A stretch of DNA of 8,213 nucleotides, filler included, from an uncultured virus (IMG/VR IMGVR_UViG_2124908030_000005) (taxonomy: Duplodnaviria > Heunggongvirae > Uroviricota > Caudoviricetes > Thumleimavirales > Hafunaviridae). It is 4 parts of one record of this genome, joined end to end, with 100 filler letters (N's around TTAATTAATTAA, not from the genome) between each part and the next. Parts side by side here need not be neighbours in the genome. Positions count along the whole stretch, not along the records: positions 5,705 to 7,036 come from IMGVR_UViG_2124908030_000005; positions 7,137 to 8,213 come from IMGVR_UViG_2124908030_000005; 2 more parts are not named here. One strand, given 5' to 3'. Each line of letters opens with the position of its first letter. Positions within the stretch are counted from its first letter, which is position 1. Below the pieces are notes generated by a model. It did not search any database and was not told the origin of the DNA. It saw nothing but the letters and a program-made list of their open reading frames with translations. Positions 6,691 to 8,213 of the stretch are shown here, piece after piece. The translations under genes and the position numbers were made by a program.

Positions 6691-6712
6691 CGGGGGCTAG
6701 ATCGGGGGCTAG
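6691..6712 (+). repeat. 2 x CGGGGGCTAG (12-bp period)
   Basis: CGGGGGCTAG-AT-CGGGGGCTAG, with the same core as 6501-6533 and 6303-6311. Confidence 0.85.
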
Positions 6713-7036
6713 CCAGTTTCAGTGCCATTGAGCGGGCATTTTGGGGGCAATTTGGCGCTCTGAGGCCCAAATGGCAAAGAAATCCATGCTTGAGCGGAAA
6801 ATGGGGCCAAAGATGGGGCTTATAGCCTTTGCTGGCGGCCTTATAAAGCCTGAGCGGAGTATATAAAGACGGCATCTTCGTCTTACCCCAGATCGCGCCC
6901 CAGAAGTGTCAATGAGAACGGCGATTGACAAAAGCGGGGTAAATTGTTCGCTTCTCCAACGAACACTGTGTGATGTTGTCTAAGAGGTTTAGAAACACAA
7001 GCATCAGCCACGTTATGTGTGTGCGAACTGGTAGAT

Positions 7037-7136
7037 NNNNNNNNNNNNNNNNNNNNNNNNNNNNNNNNNNNNNNNNNNNNTTAATTAATTAANNNNNNNN
7101 NNNNNNNNNNNNNNNNNNNNNNNNNNNNNNNNNNNN
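7037..7136. other. Artificial contig spacer
   Basis: N44-TTAATTAATTAA(7081-7092)-N44. Confidence 0.98.
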
Positions 7137-7373
7137 GGTGATTGGACTGTCACTCACGACAATTCTAACGGAACAACTACGCTGTCAAACACAAACTCAA
7201 TCGGATTTGGGAGTCCAAGCGGCTTCGTCATTGATCAGATCGTTATTGAATCTCCAACGACGAGCGGCAACTTCATTATTGATAACAGCCCATCTGGAGA
7301 TACTGACCTTGCTGGCGACGGCACGACGAGTATCCCAGGCGGCAGTTTGACCTATACCTTCGGCAGTCAGTAA
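7137..7373 (+). CDS. C-terminal part of a virion structural (tail/tail-fibre-associated) protein, 5'-truncated
   Basis: Open frame GDWTVTHDNSNGTTTLSNTNSIGFGSPSGFVIDQIVIESPTTSGNFIIDNSPSGDTDLAGDGTTSIPGGSLTYTFGSQ*. It is G/S/T-rich and beta-strand-like, resembling small tail-fibre-module proteins, and its stop lies 5 nt before the next ATG. Confidence 0.6.
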   Translation, partial: GDWTVTHDNSNGTTTLSNTNSIGFGSPSGFVIDQIVIESPTTSGNFIIDNSPSGDTDLAGDGTTSIPGGSLTYTFGSQ

Positions 7374-7378
7374 ACACT

Positions 7379-7864
7379 ATGCCTTCTGTTGAGTACAACA
7401 ACACTGCACTCGTCTACACCGAGATTACAGACACCACCACGCATCCTGAGACGGGTGAGACAGTCAGTTATACAGAGACGACTGAATACCGACCGTTTGA
7501 GGTACGACTCAGTAAGTGGCTGTCACGCGATGGTGACTACGAGGTACATGGCCACGTCTCAGTGACTGATTTCGGGCAATTACTTGCGTCTCAGTCAGAC
7601 CCGTATGCGTGGCTGACATCGAATTATCAGACTGATTCGGCTGTTGACCAGGCAGTTGTGTCAGAATGGGTGCAGGGCGTTGGAGCGGTGACAAATGCTC
7701 AACTCGATGCAATCTTACAGTTTGGTAATGTCACGCCAATCGAAGCGACCGTCACAGACACGCAAACTTCAAGATTTGACTTCATCATCACGCTTGATGG
7801 CGCGACGACATTTGATATTGACTGGCTCGCTGTTGACTTTGACCCGTCACGGGGTGGTATATAA
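7379..7864 (+). CDS. Hypothetical protein, 161 aa, probably tail-associated
   Basis: Acidic T-rich ORF tightly packed between two structural-type genes. Its stop overlaps the next start (TAATG). Confidence 0.75.
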   Translation: MPSVEYNNTALVYTEITDTTTHPETGETVSYTETTEYRPFEVRLSKWLSRDGDYEVHGHVSVTDFGQLLASQSDPYAWLTSNYQTDSAVDQAVVSEWVQGVGAVTNAQLDAILQFGNVTPIEATVTDTQTSRFDFIITLDGATTFDIDWLAVDFDPSRGGI

Positions 7865-8213
7865 TGGCACAATCAGGCGATACAATTACGTACACCTTTT
7901 CTGACGGGACAAGTGTTGCTGAGGATGTGTCAAATGTTGATAAAGCAGCTGTAGAGTATTGTAACGGTGCTGGTGGGGAAGCTGGAGGTGCCTCGGCTGC
8001 TGGTTCTGGTGGTCGTGTTGAAACCGCTACGATTAATACCAGCTCTATATCAACGCTCTACATTTGGGTAGGAGGGTCAATACAATCGGGGCGGTATGAT
8101 GGTGGTGATGGTATTGGGGGCTTTTTTAGGGCTGGAGACGGCGGTGGTTCAACCGAGATTGCGACAGTTGATACGACATCAAGTAATTCTTCGGATGAAC
8201 CGTTTTTAATCGG
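7864..8213 (+). CDS. Glycine-rich adhesin / receptor-binding-like protein, 3'-truncated
   Basis: MAQSGDTITYTFSDG...NGAGGEAGGASAAGSGGRVETATINTSSISTLYIWVGG...YDGGDG...GDGGGSTEI...PFLI. The GAGG / GGxV / LYIxVGG / GGGSTxI pattern matches glycine-rich (ALK/LTK-GRD-like, T-even gp38-like) domains. Confidence 0.7.
   Translation, partial: MAQSGDTITYTFSDGTSVAEDVSNVDKAAVEYCNGAGGEAGGASAAGSGGRVETATINTSSISTLYIWVGGSIQSGRYDGGDGIGGFFRAGDGGGSTEIATVDTTSSNSSDEPFLI

Larger units (their letters stand above)
5705..7036. other. Apparently non-coding contig with short dispersed repeats; candidate origin / genome terminus / control region
   Basis: Only short ORFs with non-acidic, implausible composition. Many G5 tracts on the + strand and several recurring 7-11-mers. 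Confidence 0.5.

Noticed and set aside
6436..6712. Haloarchaeal ORB (Orc1/Cdc6 origin boxes) suggested by G-strings
   Set aside because: The TTCCAxxxGAAAC-type ORB core is not visible next to the G tracts and no orc1/cdc6 gene is present.
5912..6931. Short ORFs in contig 3
   Set aside because: They are basic and Pro/Arg-rich, unlike the acidic proteome, overlap repeats and show no operon packing.
2735..7092. Three identical TTAATTAATTAA palindromes
   Set aside because: They sit inside fixed-length N runs and are a six-frame-stop linker used to concatenate contigs, not biology.
7138..7350. ORF-track 70-aa ORF
   Set aside because: Wrong frame. The frame 7137-7373 gives a plausible structural protein ending 5 nt before the next gene.

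Overview
The window is four separate contigs (1-2690, 2791-5604, 5705-7036, 7137-8213) joined by artificial 100-nt spacers (N44-TTAATTAATTAA-N44), so adjacency across spacers is not biological. The very acidic proteins and gene content point to a tailed haloarchaeal virus. Contig 1 is a head-morphogenesis module: a multidomain prohead protease (DUF2945/Tudor-like + two DUF3140-like repeats + HK97-type protease), an acidic scaffold, a head decoration protein and the probable start of the major capsid protein. Contig 2 is a minus-strand run of small hypothetical genes. Every sizeable intergenic gap in it holds a covarying 37-48 nt mini-tRNA (acceptor-like stem stacked on a T-arm with a TTCGA(T/C)T loop), usually followed by a conserved 17-nt hairpin 12-13 nt before the next ATG. 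This candidate tRNA-mimic mRNA punctuation/processing system is the most notable signal. Contig 3 is 1.3 kb of apparently non-coding DNA rich in CGGGGGC repeats (origin/terminus-like). Contig 4 holds tail-associated genes, including the start of a glycine-rich adhesin-like protein. All family assignments come from motif recognition by eye, not from database searches.
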